From the NCBI GenBank assembly GCA_030837965.1, contig JAUTXP010000051.1:21485-85484 (forward strand): a stretch of 64,000 bases of DNA, written 5' to 3'. The translations under genes were made by a program, and so were the position numbers. This stretch comes from Acidimicrobiaceae bacterium. Lineage in GTDB: Bacteria > Actinomycetota > Acidimicrobiia > Acidimicrobiales > JAUTXP01. Numbering within the stretch: position 1 is the stretch's first letter; the number at the start of each line of letters is the position of its first letter. Shown one piece after another: positions 17,176 to 27,771 of the stretch. The notes beneath the pieces were generated by a model that did not search any database, had not been told where the DNA came from, and was given only the letters and a program-made list of their open reading frames with translations.

Positions 17176-17615
17176 CGGTCGTCCTCGAGCAGCTTCTCGA
17201 TCACCGGCAGCGCCGCCTCCAACGCGGCCACGTCATCCGGGGCCAGCGTGCGCAGGCGGGCGGCCAGAAACGCATTGCGACGGGTGCGGTTGCGCTGGAG
17301 GAACCGGGTCCCCTCGGGCGTGACCCTGACTCGGGCGACGCGCCGATCGGCAGCGTCGGTCTCCCTGGCGACCAGGCCGAGGTCGTCGAGGCGGGTGATG
17401 ATCCGGGTCATGCTCGGTGGCTGTACCCGCTCGACGGCCGCCAGCTCACCCAGCGACACCAGGCCCAAGCGTTCCACCGACGACAGGGCCGACAGCATCG
17501 ACACCGTCACCTCGCCCTCGGGCGTCTGCTGGCGAAGCTGGCGGGCCATGCGGGCCACGGCCAGGCGCAGGCGCGAGGCAAGATGGGAGTCGACAGCAAC
17601 CGGCATGTTTCGCAC
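17172..17615 (-). CDS. MarR family transcriptional regulator
   Basis: 147-aa winged-HTH ORF (LSALSSVERLGLVSLGELAAVERVQPPSMTRIITRLDDLGLVARE). An alternative ATG start is at 17606. Confidence 0.85.
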   Translation of the reverse strand: MRNMPVAVDSHLASRLRLAVARMARQLRQQTPEGEVTVSMLSALSSVERLGLVSLGELAAVERVQPPSMTRIITRLDDLGLVARETDAADRRVARVRVTPEGTRFLQRNRTRRNAFLAARLRTLAPDDVAALEAALPVIEKLLEDDR

Positions 17616-17634
17616 AACTAATTAGCATAGCGAA
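17609..17634. promoter_or_regulatory. candidate MarR operator (imperfect palindrome)
   Basis: TTCGCacaaCTAATTAGcataGCGAA has outer 5-bp and inner 8-bp palindromes sharing one centre. It sits in an AT-rich divergent region between marR and the ydeI-like gene. Confidence 0.4.
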
Positions 17635-17667
17635 CTATTCCGCCTACCGACCCAGGAATACGACACC

Positions 17668-18261
17668 GTGACCGACGCCCCCGACGCACCCGACGCACCG
17701 CCGATCATCGCCTTCCCCGACCAGGCCGCCTTCGCGTCCTGGCTCCACCACCATCACACCGACGCGGCCGGCATCTGGCTGAAGCTGGCCAAGGCAGGCT
17801 CGGCCGTCGACTCGGTGACCTACGCCGAGGCCGTGGAGACCGCGCTCTGCTACGGCTGGATCGACGGGCAGAAGCAGAAGTTCGACGACGCCTTCTGGCT
17901 CCAGCGCTTCACGCCCCGGCGGCCCCGCAGCAAGTGGTCACGGATCAACAGGGACAAGGCGACCGAGCTGATCGAACGCGGCGACATGCAGCCGTCGGGG
18001 CTGGCCGAGGTGGAGCGGGCCCAGGCCGACGGGCGCTGGGCCGCGGCCTACGACTCGGCCCGCACGGCCAGCGTGCCCGACGACCTGGCCGCCGCCCTCG
18101 AAGCCAACCCCAAGGCCGCGGCCTTCTTCGCCGCTCTCGACGGCACCAACCGCTACGCCTTCCTCTATCGAGTGCAGGACGCCAAGCGGCCAGAGACACG
18201 GGCCCGGCGGATCGAGGACTTCGTGGCCATGCTGGCCGAGGGCCGCAAGCTCCACGGCTGA
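17668..18261 (+). CDS. YdeI/OmpD-associated family protein
   Basis: 197-aa ORF with WLKLAK...YAEAVETALCYGWIDGQKQKFDD..WLQRFTPRRPRSKWS and the C-terminal NRYAFLYRVQDAKRPETRARRI motif of this family. Confidence 0.8.
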   Translation: MTDAPDAPDAPPIIAFPDQAAFASWLHHHHTDAAGIWLKLAKAGSAVDSVTYAEAVETALCYGWIDGQKQKFDDAFWLQRFTPRRPRSKWSRINRDKATELIERGDMQPSGLAEVERAQADGRWAAAYDSARTASVPDDLAAALEANPKAAAFFAALDGTNRYAFLYRVQDAKRPETRARRIEDFVAMLAEGRKLHG

Positions 18262-18324
18262 CCCGCCGTCCCTGCCGGCCCCAGGACCGTCAGCCCTACC
18301 GACACCAAACCCAGGAACTGGCCC

Positions 18325-19575
18325 TTACGGGAACAGGCCGCGCGCGGCGATGGCCTCGGCCACCCGGTCGACGGCCAGGGCGAAGGCGGCCCGGCGCAAC
18401 GACACGTCCAAGGCCTCGGCCTTGGACCACACCGCGGTGAAGGCGTCGTCCATGAAACGGCGCAGCCGGATGGCCACGGTGTCCTCGTCCCACGCGAAGC
18501 CCTGCCTGCTCTGGGCCCATTCGAAATACGAGGCGGTGACGCCGCCCGCGTTGGCCAGGATGTCCGGCACCACCACGATCTCCCTGCGATCGAGGATGGG
18601 GTCGGCCGCAGGCAGCGTCGGCCCGTTGGCCGCCTCCACGATCATCCGGGTGTTGAGCGACTCGGCCACCCGCTCGTCGATGGCGCCCGCCAGCGCGGCA
18701 GGCACGATCAACTCGCACTCCACGCCCCACATGGCGTCCTCGTCGATGTGGTCGGCCCCGTCGAAGCCCGCCACCGTTCCGGCGTGGGCCACGTGGTCGG
18801 ACAGCGCGGCAGGGTCGATGCCGCCGGGGTTGTAGACGGCCCCGCCCACGTCGGCCACGGCCACCACGCGCATGCCCGCGGAGGACAGCAGGAAGGCCAG
18901 CGGGCCGCCGACCTTGCCGAAGCCTTGGATCACGGCCCTGCTCCCGACGAACGGCAGCTCCAACGCGGTGAAGGCGGCCCGTGCGCACAACAGCACGCCG
19001 GTGGAGGTGGCGCCCGCATGGCCACGCGTGCCGCCGATGGACAAGGGCTTGCCCGTGACGGAGCCGGGCAGCAGTTCGCCCCGCAACATCGACAGCGTGT
19101 CCATCAGCCAGGCCATGACCCGGCCGTCGGTGTTGACGTCGGGCGCGGGAACGTCCTTGTCCGGGCCGAGCAAGGGTGAGATCTCGAGCGTGTACCGCCG
19201 GGTTATGCGCTCCAACTCGCCGATCGACAACCGGCTCGGGTCGCAGCGCACACCGCCCTTGGCCCCGCCGAAGGGGATGTTGACCACCGACGTCTTGAAC
19301 GTCATGCCCGCGGCGAGGGCCGCCACCTCACGGGCGTCCACGTCCGGGTGGAACCTGATGCCGCCCTTGGCCGGCCCGCGAGTGGTGTCGTGGTGGATGC
19401 GCCACCCGCTGAACACCTCGACCCGGCCGTCGTCCATCCGCACGGGAATGGCCACCTCGAGCACCCGCCGAGGCGTGCGCAACATGCGGTGGATGTCAGG
19501 GTCCAAGCCGGTCAGCTTGGCCGCGTCGTCCAGCCGCTCCAGGACGGCGGCCCACGGGTCTGAGCTGCTGGTCAC
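18325..19575 (-). CDS. Glu/Leu/Phe/Val dehydrogenase (glutamate dehydrogenase-like)
   Basis: 416 aa with KGGIRFHP and the FGGAKGG catalytic-Lys motif, plus an NAD(P) fold GFGKVG. The GTG start abuts the upstream stop. Confidence 0.9.
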   Translation of the reverse strand: MTSSSDPWAAVLERLDDAAKLTGLDPDIHRMLRTPRRVLEVAIPVRMDDGRVEVFSGWRIHHDTTRGPAKGGIRFHPDVDAREVAALAAGMTFKTSVVNIPFGGAKGGVRCDPSRLSIGELERITRRYTLEISPLLGPDKDVPAPDVNTDGRVMAWLMDTLSMLRGELLPGSVTGKPLSIGGTRGHAGATSTGVLLCARAAFTALELPFVGSRAVIQGFGKVGGPLAFLLSSAGMRVVAVADVGGAVYNPGGIDPAALSDHVAHAGTVAGFDGADHIDEDAMWGVECELIVPAALAGAIDERVAESLNTRMIVEAANGPTLPAADPILDRREIVVVPDILANAGGVTASYFEWAQSRQGFAWDEDTVAIRLRRFMDDAFTAVWSKAEALDVSLRRAAFALAVDRVAEAIAARGLFP

Positions 19576-19884
19576 CTAGGGAATGGAGGGCTGGACGCCT
19601 TCGGTGTAGTGGATGAAGAGGTCGCGGACGACGTCGGCCAGCCCCGCGTCGGTGGCGCCTTTGGCCAGATCGACCGTGATCACATTGGAGAAGATGTGCA
19701 CCGCGGCCACACTGCCGTGCTCGAACAGCCTGCGGGCCAGCACATCCGGAGGGCGGTCACCGGCCGCCTGGTCTGCCGAGCGGTAGCGCTCGTGGCCCAT
19801 GCCGGTGAGGCTGCGGTTGATCTCGAAGCGCACCACGCCGGGTTGGGCGGTCGGCTTCTCGGTCACGGTGATCGGCTGGCCCAT
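19576..19884 (-). CDS. NifU N-terminal (Nfu_N)-like domain protein
   Basis: Only the last 102 codons of track ORF 19576..20832 look coding: MGQPITVTEKPTAQPGVVRFEINRSL...LARRLFEHGSVAAVHIFSNVITVDLAKG. Confidence 0.6.
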   Translation of the reverse strand: MGQPITVTEKPTAQPGVVRFEINRSLTGMGHERYRSADQAAGDRPPDVLARRLFEHGSVAAVHIFSNVITVDLAKGATDAGLADVVRDLFIHYTEGVQPSIP

Positions 19885-19956
19885 GGCGCGCCGAAGGGTA
19901 GTACGGCCGCGGCCAAGACCGCGGATCGGCCCATTCCCGTGGGTAGGGTGAGCCGC

Positions 19957-21072
19957 ATGCTGCCCACGCCGCAGGCCCCTCACCGGCCGGTGCCGTGGCG
20001 GACCATCTGGGCCACCATCTTCAGCGTCGTCGTCACCATCTCGGCCTTCTTCGTCCTCAAGCACATCACCCGCATTCTCACGTGGCTGTTCGTCGCCCTC
20101 TTCTTCGCCATCATCCTCAGCCCCTCGGTCGACTTCCTGGCCAACCGCCTGCGCTTCAAGCGGGCCCTGGCCACGCTGACCGTCTTCATCGTGGGCCTGG
20201 CCGTGTTCGGAGCCATGCTCTACGCCTTCATCCGGCCCTTGGTCGACCAGGCCCAGGAGGTGTCGGACAAGTTCCCCACCTACCTGGCCGACGCCCGCGC
20301 CGGGCGGGGGCCCATGGGCTCGATCGTCAAGCGCTACAACCTCGACCGCCGCTTCGAGGAGAACAAGGCCCGCATCCAGTCCACGTTCAAGGGGCTGGGC
20401 AAGAACAGCCTCACGATCGTGAAGGGCGTCGGCAACGCGGTGGCTGCGGGACTGACCATCTTCGTGCTCGCCTTCTTGATGATCCTCGAAGGGCCGAAGA
20501 TGCTCACGGGTGGGCTCAACGCCTTGTCGCCACCACACCGCGACCGCGTGCGCAAGGTGGCATCCGACTGCGCCAAGGCCGTCACCGGCTACATGGCGGG
20601 CAACCTGCTGATCTCGGTCATCGCGGGCCTGGCCACGTTCGTCTACCTGTTCGTGGCCGGCGTCCCCTTCAGCGGCGTGCTCGCATTGTGGGTCGCCTTC
20701 GCCGACCTCATCCCGCTGGTCGGCGCCACCCTCGGCGCCATCCCCACCGTGGCCGTCGCCTTCGTCCACTCGGTGCCCGCGGGGATTGGGGCCATCATCT
20801 TCTACGTGCTCTACCAGCAGTTCGAGAACCACGTCCTCCAGGTCACGATCATGTCCCGCACGGTCGACCTCAACCCGCTGGCCGTGCTGGTCAGCGTGCT
20901 GGCTGGCGTCGAGCTGTTCGGGCTGCTCGGCGCGCTGTTGGCCATCCCCGCCGCGGGTGTGATCCAGGTCATCGGGCGCGACATCTGGGACGAGCGGACG
21001 GGCAGGTTCAAGACCGAGCCCACCATCGGTGCGGACGAGACACCGATCTCCGTCACCGAGGGAGGCGTGTGA
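19957..21072 (+). CDS. AI-2E (PerM) family transporter
   Basis: 371-aa multi-TM protein within track ORF 19609..21072, starting at ATG 19957. It carries the family-typical LIPLVGATLGAIP segment. Confidence 0.85.
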   Translation: MLPTPQAPHRPVPWRTIWATIFSVVVTISAFFVLKHITRILTWLFVALFFAIILSPSVDFLANRLRFKRALATLTVFIVGLAVFGAMLYAFIRPLVDQAQEVSDKFPTYLADARAGRGPMGSIVKRYNLDRRFEENKARIQSTFKGLGKNSLTIVKGVGNAVAAGLTIFVLAFLMILEGPKMLTGGLNALSPPHRDRVRKVASDCAKAVTGYMAGNLLISVIAGLATFVYLFVAGVPFSGVLALWVAFADLIPLVGATLGAIPTVAVAFVHSVPAGIGAIIFYVLYQQFENHVLQVTIMSRTVDLNPLAVLVSVLAGVELFGLLGALLAIPAAGVIQVIGRDIWDERTGRFKTEPTIGADETPISVTEGGV

Positions 21073-22280
21073 TGGAGAGCGAGATCGTCGAGGTCGAAGG
21101 GCACATCATCGACTCGCTCATCCTGGCCAAGGTGCTCGACGTCATCGTCGACGCGGGCGCCGACTACCGCATGCTCGACGTGGAGATCGGCCGGACCAAC
21201 GTCGACGTCAGCAAGGCCAGGCTCGAAGTCAGCGCGGCCGACGCCGACGCCCTCGAAGGCGTGCTGGTCGAACTGCAGATCCACGGGGCCAACCGCATCG
21301 ACGTGGGCGACGCCCAACTGGTGGCCGCGGACCGCGACGGCGTGCTCCCGCCCGACTTCTACTCCACCACCAACCTGCCCACGTCGGTGCGCGTCGAGGG
21401 CAAGTGGCTCGACGTGGAGAACCCGGAGATGGACTGCGCCATCGCGGTGGGCGGCGGTCGGGCGCGCACGGTCCCCATGCACCGGGTGCGCGTCGGCGAC
21501 CACATCGTCGTGGGCCACGACGGCATCCGCGTCTTCGCCCTGGAACGGCCGCGCGGCGCCAACCCGTTCGAGTTCATGGCCTCCGAGGTGTCGTCCGAAA
21601 AACCCAAGGCGCTGCTGGTCGCGGACGTGGTCGGCCGGGTCCGAAGGGCCAAGGACGCGGGCGGCAAGATGCTGGCCGTGTGCGGCCCAGCGGTCATCCA
21701 CACCGGCGCGGGCCCGGACATCGCCAGGCTCGTGCGAGACGGCTGGATCGACGTGCTCTTCGCGGGCAACGGGTTCGCCACCCACGACATCGAGTCCAAC
21801 GTGCTGGGCACCTCGCTCGGCGTGTCGGTGCACCAGGGGTCGGGCGTGGAGGGTGGCCACGCCAACCACTTGCGGGTCATCAACGAGGTGCGCAGGTACG
21901 GGTCCATCGCCGCCGCGGTGGAGTCGGGCTACATCGACGGCGGCGTCATGTACGAGTGCGTGCGCAAAGGCGTGCCCTTCGTGCTGGGCGGCTCGGTGCG
22001 TGACGACGGTCCGCTCCCGGACACGTACGCCAACGTGGTGGAGGCGGCCGACGCCATGCGCTACCTGTTGCCCGGCATCTCCGTGGCCTTGATGCTGGCC
22101 ACCACGTTGCACGCCATCGCCACCGGCAACATCCTGCCTGCGGGGGTGGAGACGTTCTGCGTGGACATCAACCAGGCCGTGGTGACCAAGCTGTCCGACC
22201 GAGGCAGCCATCAGGCTCTGGGCATCGTGACCGACGTCGGCTTGTTCATCGAAGGCTTGCGGGAGCAGCTCTGTGACTGA
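21072..22280 (+). CDS. TIGR00300-type LOR/SDH conserved-domain protein (ornithine-cyclodeaminase-like candidate)
   Basis: 402 aa (MESEIVEVEGHIIDSLILAKVLDVIVDAGADY...CGPAVIHTGAG...LFAGNGFATHDIE). The ATG overlaps the perM stop as TGATG. Confidence 0.7.
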   Translation: MESEIVEVEGHIIDSLILAKVLDVIVDAGADYRMLDVEIGRTNVDVSKARLEVSAADADALEGVLVELQIHGANRIDVGDAQLVAADRDGVLPPDFYSTTNLPTSVRVEGKWLDVENPEMDCAIAVGGGRARTVPMHRVRVGDHIVVGHDGIRVFALERPRGANPFEFMASEVSSEKPKALLVADVVGRVRRAKDAGGKMLAVCGPAVIHTGAGPDIARLVRDGWIDVLFAGNGFATHDIESNVLGTSLGVSVHQGSGVEGGHANHLRVINEVRRYGSIAAAVESGYIDGGVMYECVRKGVPFVLGGSVRDDGPLPDTYANVVEAADAMRYLLPGISVALMLATTLHAIATGNILPAGVETFCVDINQAVVTKLSDRGSHQALGIVTDVGLFIEGLREQLCD

Positions 22281-23055
22281 CTCGGACTGGATGACAGCGT
22301 CGTTCGTGGTCGACTCGCCCTCCATGCGGGCCGTGACCGTCAACCGCGACGTCGACTACCACGGCGGCGACCCCGACCTGCGCATGGACGTGTACCGGCC
22401 CATCGGCACCGGGCCATGGCCGGTCGTCGTGTTCGTGCACGGCGAGGGCGACGCCGAGCAGGTGCGCCACATCAAGGACACGCCGCTGTACGCCGGGTGG
22501 GGACGGCTGGTGGCCAGCCTGGGCATGGTCGGCGTGGTGTTCACACCCCGGTCGTGGGACCGGTTGCGCCACGTGGCCCGCAAGGTGGCCGACGTCGAGG
22601 CGGCCATGCGCTTCGTGCGGGCCAAGGGCCACTCGTGGGGCGCCGACCCGTCGCGCTTCGCAGTGTGGGCGGGCTCGGCGGGCGTGCCCGTGGGCGTGTC
22701 CATCGCCGCGCGCGAGGGCGCGTCGTGCTGCGTGGCCTACTACGGGCCCATGGACCTGCGCCCATATGGCGACGACCCGCGACTGGCCGACGTGTCGCCC
22801 ATGGCCCTGCTCGAAGACGGCGTGGCCCTGCCGCCACTGTTGGTCGTTCGCTGCGGGCAGGACGCGGAGGAGCTCAACCAGTCGATCGACGACTTCACCA
22901 ACGCGGCCTGGGACCGCGACCTGCCGGTGGAGCTGATCGCGTATGAGGACGGGCACCACGCCTTCGAAGTGGTCGACCATGTCGACGAGTCCAGACAAGT
23001 CGTGGCCCAGACGGTCGAGTTCCTCCAGGAGCACCTGGGCCTTGGCCCGGGCTGA
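22273..23055 (+). CDS. alpha/beta hydrolase (esterase-like)
   Basis: 260 aa with VVVFVHGEG, the nucleophile elbow WAGSAGV (GxSxG) and a C-terminal DGHHAF. The GTG start overlaps the upstream stop by 8 nt. Confidence 0.75.
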   Translation: MTDSDWMTASFVVDSPSMRAVTVNRDVDYHGGDPDLRMDVYRPIGTGPWPVVVFVHGEGDAEQVRHIKDTPLYAGWGRLVASLGMVGVVFTPRSWDRLRHVARKVADVEAAMRFVRAKGHSWGADPSRFAVWAGSAGVPVGVSIAAREGASCCVAYYGPMDLRPYGDDPRLADVSPMALLEDGVALPPLLVVRCGQDAEELNQSIDDFTNAAWDRDLPVELIAYEDGHHAFEVVDHVDESRQVVAQTVEFLQEHLGLGPG

Positions 23056-23902
23056 CCACGGGGCTGTTGAGGCCGCCCCCCTCGGGTGGGGCAGGCGCTA
23101 TCTCATGTGCCCGCCCGAGCACTTCGGCGTGCTCTATGAGATCAACCCGTGGATGCACCGCGAGGTGGCCGTCGACAGGGAGCGGGCCCAACGCCAGTGG
23201 GAGGGGCTGAAGGCCACGTTGGAGGCGGCGGGCGCGGTCATCGACGTGCTGCCGCCCGCCGAGGGCGTGCCCGACATCGTGTTCACCGCCAACGCGGGGA
23301 TCGTGAATGGTCGGCAGTACATCCCGGCCCGCTTCCGCCATCCCGAGCGCAGGCCCGAGGTCCCGCACGACGTGGCCTGGTTCGAGGCCAACGGCTGGTC
23401 GGTGGACTCGCTGCCCGACGGCGTGTCGCACGAGGGCGCGGGTGACGCGCTGCCGTTCGGGGACACGCTGGTGTCGGGCTATCGCATCCGCAGCGACGCG
23501 GCGTCGCACGCGTACGTGTCGCGGCTCACGGGCGCCGCCGTGCGGTCCGTGGAGCTGGTCGATCCACGCTTCTACCACTTGGACATCACCTTCTGCCCGC
23601 TCGACTCGCGCCGGGCGCTGATGTGGCCGGGCGCGTGGGACGCCTACGGGCGCAAGGTGATGGAGGCGTTGGTGCCGGAGCCGCTGGTGCTCGAGCCCGA
23701 GGAGGCCGACGTGTTCTGCGCCAACTCGGTGGTGGTGGGCTCGACCGTCGTCATGCCTTCGTGCCCGCCGCGGGTGGGCAGGCAGTTGGAGGCGTGGGGA
23801 TTCGACGTGGTCGTGTGCGCGGTGGACGAGTTCTTGAAGGCGGGCGGCGGGTGCCGGTGCCTCACCCTCGCCCTCGACGTCACCCTCGGCCCCGCCCCCT
23901 GA
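23042..23902 (+). CDS. amidinotransferase / dimethylarginine dimethylaminohydrolase-type guanidino-group-modifying enzyme
   Basis: WGRRYLMCPPEHFGVLYEINPWM...HLDITFCPL...GGGCRCLTL includes a C-terminal catalytic Cys motif. The start is uncertain: TTG 23042 is the only in-frame start upstream of WGRRY that does not overlap deeply. An alternative ATG is at 23105. Confidence 0.75.
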   Translation: MARADHGAVEAAPLGWGRRYLMCPPEHFGVLYEINPWMHREVAVDRERAQRQWEGLKATLEAAGAVIDVLPPAEGVPDIVFTANAGIVNGRQYIPARFRHPERRPEVPHDVAWFEANGWSVDSLPDGVSHEGAGDALPFGDTLVSGYRIRSDAASHAYVSRLTGAAVRSVELVDPRFYHLDITFCPLDSRRALMWPGAWDAYGRKVMEALVPEPLVLEPEEADVFCANSVVVGSTVVMPSCPPRVGRQLEAWGFDVVVCAVDEFLKAGGGCRCLTLALDVTLGPAP

Positions 23903-23903
23903 T

Positions 23904-23934
23904 CTTTTCCACAGCAGCAGGTGCTGTGGAAAAG
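23904..23934 (+). repeat. family A palindromic intergenic element, copy A1
   Basis: CTTTTCCACAGCA-GCAGG-TGCTGTGGAAAAG with a 13-bp perfect stem. It begins 1 nt after the TGA (23900-23902) of the amidinotransferase-type gene. It has a C-rich 5' flank and a G-rich 3' flank, with the convergent ABC gene stop at 23952. Confidence 0.95.
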
Positions 23935-23951
23935 TTGGAGGGCTGCCGGGG

Positions 23952-26900
23952 TCAGGCCGCGGGCTCGGGGGCGAAGCTGGCCCAGAGCTGCGCGTAGCGG
24001 CCGTTGACGGCCAGCAGCTCGGCGTGCGTGCCCTGCTCCACCACCCGGCCGTCGTCCACCACCACGATGACGTCGGCCGACATAGCCGTGGGCAGGCGGT
24101 GGGCGATCACGAACGTGGTGCGGCCCCGCGCCACCAGGCCCATGGCCCGCTGCACCCGTGCCTCGGTGGCCAGGTCCAAGTTGGACGTGGCCTCGTCCAG
24201 CAGGAGGATCACGGGGTCCACCAGCCGGGCCCGGGCCAGCGCGATCAACTGGCGCTGGCCGGCCGACAGCGACCGGCCCCGCTCGGTAACCACGTGCAGG
24301 TAGCCGCCCGCCAGCCCGGCGATGAAGTCGTGGGCGCCCACCGCCCTGGCCGCCTCCTCCACCTCGGCGTCGGCGGCGTCGGGCCTGCCGTAGGCGATGT
24401 TGTCGCGGATGGTGCCCGAGAACAGGAACGCCTCTTGGGGCACGTAGCCCAACTGGCGTCGGAAGGTGCCCAGGTCGAGCGAGGGCAGCGGGATGCCGTC
24501 GATCAGCACGCGCCCCGCGGTCGGGTCGTAGAAGCGGGCCACCAGCTTCACCACCGTGGACTTGCCCGCGCCCGTCTCCCCCACCAACGCAACCATCTGG
24601 CCGGGAGCCACGTCGATGTCCACGCCCCGCAAGGCCTCGCCCACCCCGCCGGGATAGGCGAAGTGCACGTCCTCCAAGCGGACCGCGCCACGCAGCCTGC
24701 CCACCGCCACCGGCGTCTCCGGCGCGGGCGTGCCCGTCGGCGTCTTCATCAGCTCGTCGATCTTGGCCGTGGAGGCCCGCGCCTGCTGATACGTGTCGAA
24801 CACCTGCGACAACTGCTGGATGGGCGCGAAGAGCTGTTCGAGGTACAGCAAGAAGGCGATCAGCTCGCCACGCGTCAACGACCCGCCGGTGATCAGGTGG
24901 GCGCCGAAGCCCAGCACCACGGCCGCGGCCACCTCGGACAGGAACTCCACGAACGGGAAGAAGAGGGCGACCAGGCGTTGGGCGGTGACGCGCGCGTCGA
25001 GGTGCTCGCCTGCCACCTTGCGGAACTCCTTCTCGTTGCGCCCCTCGCGTGAGTAGGCCAGCGAAACCCGCACGCCCGACAGGCTCTCCTGAAGATTGGC
25101 GTTGACGGCCGCGACCCGGTCGCGCGCCCGCGCATAAGCCCGGTCCGACAGGCGCCGGAACACGACGGTGGCGACCAGCAGCGGCGGGATGATGGTGAGC
25201 GTGGCCAGCGTGAGGCGCACGTTCAAGACGAACAGCACGAGGAAGATGCCGACGAAGCTGATGAGGTTGACCAGCGCGTTGATGAGCCCGCTCTGCAACA
25301 GCGTGGACAGCGCCTCCACGTCGGTGGTCATCCGGGTCATGATCCGACCCGCCATCTCGCGGTCATAGAAGTCGACCGACAGCCGTTGGAGGTGGGAGAA
25401 GATCCTGACCCGAAGCGCGAACAGCATGCGCTCGGACGCCCGGCCCAGATACCGGGCCGCGGCCCACGCGTTCAGCCAGCCCACCAGGACGACAACGCCG
25501 AACGCGGCCGTGGCCGCGGTCAAGGCCCGGGTCGACTGGCCGACGACGCCGCGGTCGATGCCATAGCGCACCAGCCCGGGGCCGGCCAGGGTGAGCAGCG
25601 AGTCGCATGCGAGCAGCCCGAAGCCGACCAGCAGTTGCCTGCGGAACGGGCGGACGAAGCGGCGCAAGGTGAAGTGCGGGTCTTCGGCGATGTGGTCGGC
25701 CACGTCGACGTCGGGCTCATCGACGATGGGCGGCAACAGCTCGACCGCGGCCATCAGCTCGGGCGTGGGCGGCAACGCCATCCCGCCGCCCATGAACCCG
25801 CCGCCGCCTCCGCCGCCGGGCCCTGGGCCTGGACCCAACGCGGCCGCGCCCGCGGCCCGTCGGGCCTCGCGGGTAGCCGCCTCCACCTCGGCGCGGGGCC
25901 AGGCCGCGGCCGTCACCCGGTGGGCGGCGGCGGGCGAGGTCGACGCGCTCGCGCCGTCGGCAGCGCTGTCGCCGTCGAGCGAGGCATCGGCGTCCACGCC
26001 TTCGCAATCCTCGCCCGGGCCCGCCAGCAACTGGCGGTACAGGGTCGAGCGGGCCAGCAGTTCCTCGTGCGACCCGCTGTCCACCACCCGGCCCTTGTCC
26101 ACCACCACGATGCGGTCGGCCAGTCGCAGCGTCGAGCGCCGGTGGGCGACCAGCAGCGTCGTGCGCCCCTCCATCAGCCTGCGGAGGGTGGCGTGGATCT
26201 CCTCCTCCACCCTGGCGTCCACGGCCGAGGTGGCGTCGTCCAGCACCAGGATGCGCGGGTCGGTGATGAGGGCGCGGGCCAGCGTGACGCGCTGACGCTG
26301 TCCGCCCGACAGGGTCAGGCCGCGCTCGCCCACAACGGTGTCGTAGCCCTCGGGCAGATCGAGGATGAAGTCGTGGGCCTCGGCCGACTGGGCCGCGGCC
26401 ACGATCTCCGCGTCGGTGGCGTCGGGCCGTCCGTAGGCGATGTTGTCGCGCACGGACATGGAGAACAGGAAGGCGTCCTCGAACACCACGCCGATCTGCC
26501 TGCGCAACGACTCGAAGGTCACGTCGCGCACGTCGACACCGTCGATGCGCACCGCGCCCGCCCGCACGTCGTAGAAGCGAGGAAGCAGCAGCGACACCGT
26601 CGACTTGCCCGAGCCCGACGCGCCCACCAGCGCCACCGTCTCCCCCGCGGCCACGTGCAGGTCGAAGCCGTTGAGAACGGGCTCGGTCGGCAGGTAGCCG
26701 AAGACGACGTCCTCGAACGCCACCTCGCCGTGAACCGGCGGCAGGTCGGATGCGTCAGGCCCCTCGACCACGTCCGGGTTGGCGTCGAGCACCTCGAAGA
26801 TGCGCTCGGCCCCGGCCCGGGCCAACTGGGCCACGGCCAGCATGATGGCGAACATGCGGGCGGGCGCCACCAGTTGGATGAGGTAGGACGAAAAGGCCAG

Positions 26901-27746
26901 GAAGGTACCCAGGCTGATGCGGCCGTGCATGGCGAGCCAGCCGCCCACGCCGAGGATGGCCACCTGCCCAAGTGAGGGCAGGGACTCGAGGGCGCCCGAC
27001 AGCTTGGCCTGGATGCGGACCGTGCGCAGCCGCGATCCGAACAGCTCGCGGGACACGTCCACCAGCCGGTTGAGCTCGCGCTCCTCCTGGCCGAAGCCCT
27101 TCACCACGCGCACGCCCGTCACGGCTTCGTCGACCACGCCCGCCACCTCGGCCGTGCGCTGCTGCGAGTCCCACGCGGCGGGGAAGAGCGTCTTGCGCAA
27201 CTGCATGGCGACCAGCGCGATGGCGGGGACGACAGCGAGGGCCACCAGGGTCAGCAGGGGCGACAGCGCCGTCATCACCACCAGCGACAGGACGACCATC
27301 ACGATGTTGCCGCTCATCAAGGGCAGGAAGGACATGAGCCCGAACAGCAGCCCCACGTCCGAGTTGGCCCGCGACACCAGTTGGCCCGTGTCCATCTCGT
27401 CGTGGCGCGCGAAGTCGAGCCTTTGCAACCGGTCGTAGATGGCGTTGCGGATGTCGTACTGGACGTCGAGGGCGATGCGCCCGCCATAGAAGCGGCGCAC
27501 GTAGGCCAAGCCGAAGCGGGCCGCGCCCGCCAGCAGCAGGACGGTGAGCCACGGGGCCAGCGTGCGCCGGTGGGTGACGACCACGTCGTCGATGAGGACC
27601 TTCTCCACGATGGGCGTGAGGGCGGTCACCACCTGGCCGAAGACGGCCGACCCGAAGGCGAGGAACAGGTTGCGCTTGTGGGCGAACAGGAACGGCAGCA
27701 GTCGCCGCACCCACCCCGTCTTGGCCGCCGTCCCCGCCCCCTCCAT
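23952..27746 (-). CDS. fused (TMD-NBD)x2 ABC exporter
   Basis: Two Walker A motifs ([18 protein letters not shown]), two signatures ([16 protein letters not shown]) and two 6-TM blocks. The start is ATG 27746. An alternative ATG at 27782 lies inside repeat A2, and the track start 27791 also lies in the repeat. Confidence 0.85.
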   Translation of the reverse strand: MEGAGTAAKTGWVRRLLPFLFAHKRNLFLAFGSAVFGQVVTALTPIVEKVLIDDVVVTHRRTLAPWLTVLLLAGAARFGLAYVRRFYGGRIALDVQYDIRNAIYDRLQRLDFARHDEMDTGQLVSRANSDVGLLFGLMSFLPLMSGNIVMVVLSLVVMTALSPLLTLVALAVVPAIALVAMQLRKTLFPAAWDSQQRTAEVAGVVDEAVTGVRVVKGFGQEERELNRLVDVSRELFGSRLRTVRIQAKLSGALESLPSLGQVAILGVGGWLAMHGRISLGTFLAFSSYLIQLVAPARMFAIMLAVAQLARAGAERIFEVLDANPDVVEGPDASDLPPVHGEVAFEDVVFGYLPTEPVLNGFDLHVAAGETVALVGASGSGKSTVSLLLPRFYDVRAGAVRIDGVDVRDVTFESLRRQIGVVFEDAFLFSMSVRDNIAYGRPDATDAEIVAAAQSAEAHDFILDLPEGYDTVVGERGLTLSGGQRQRVTLARALITDPRILVLDDATSAVDARVEEEIHATLRRLMEGRTTLLVAHRRSTLRLADRIVVVDKGRVVDSGSHEELLARSTLYRQLLAGPGEDCEGVDADASLDGDSAADGASASTSPAAAHRVTAAAWPRAEVEAATREARRAAGAAALGPGPGPGGGGGGGFMGGGMALPPTPELMAAVELLPPIVDEPDVDVADHIAEDPHFTLRRFVRPFRRQLLVGFGLLACDSLLTLAGPGLVRYGIDRGVVGQSTRALTAATAAFGVVVLVGWLNAWAAARYLGRASERMLFALRVRIFSHLQRLSVDFYDREMAGRIMTRMTTDVEALSTLLQSGLINALVNLISFVGIFLVLFVLNVRLTLATLTIIPPLLVATVVFRRLSDRAYARARDRVAAVNANLQESLSGVRVSLAYSREGRNEKEFRKVAGEHLDARVTAQRLVALFFPFVEFLSEVAAAVVLGFGAHLITGGSLTRGELIAFLLYLEQLFAPIQQLSQVFDTYQQARASTAKIDELMKTPTGTPAPETPVAVGRLRGAVRLEDVHFAYPGGVGEALRGVDIDVAPGQMVALVGETGAGKSTVVKLVARFYDPTAGRVLIDGIPLPSLDLGTFRRQLGYVPQEAFLFSGTIRDNIAYGRPDAADAEVEEAARAVGAHDFIAGLAGGYLHVVTERGRSLSAGQRQLIALARARLVDPVILLLDEATSNLDLATEARVQRAMGLVARGRTTFVIAHRLPTAMSADVIVVVDDGRVVEQGTHAELLAVNGRYAQLWASFAPEPAA

Positions 27747-27771
27747 CACCCGCCGATCGTAGAGCCGCCAC

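Noticed and set aside
19885-20832. Upstream 316 codons of the 418-aa minus-strand ORF
   Set aside because: This stretch is acidic/Gly/His-rich nonsense antisense to the well-supported AI-2E transporter. Only the last 102 codons (Nfu_N-like) look real.
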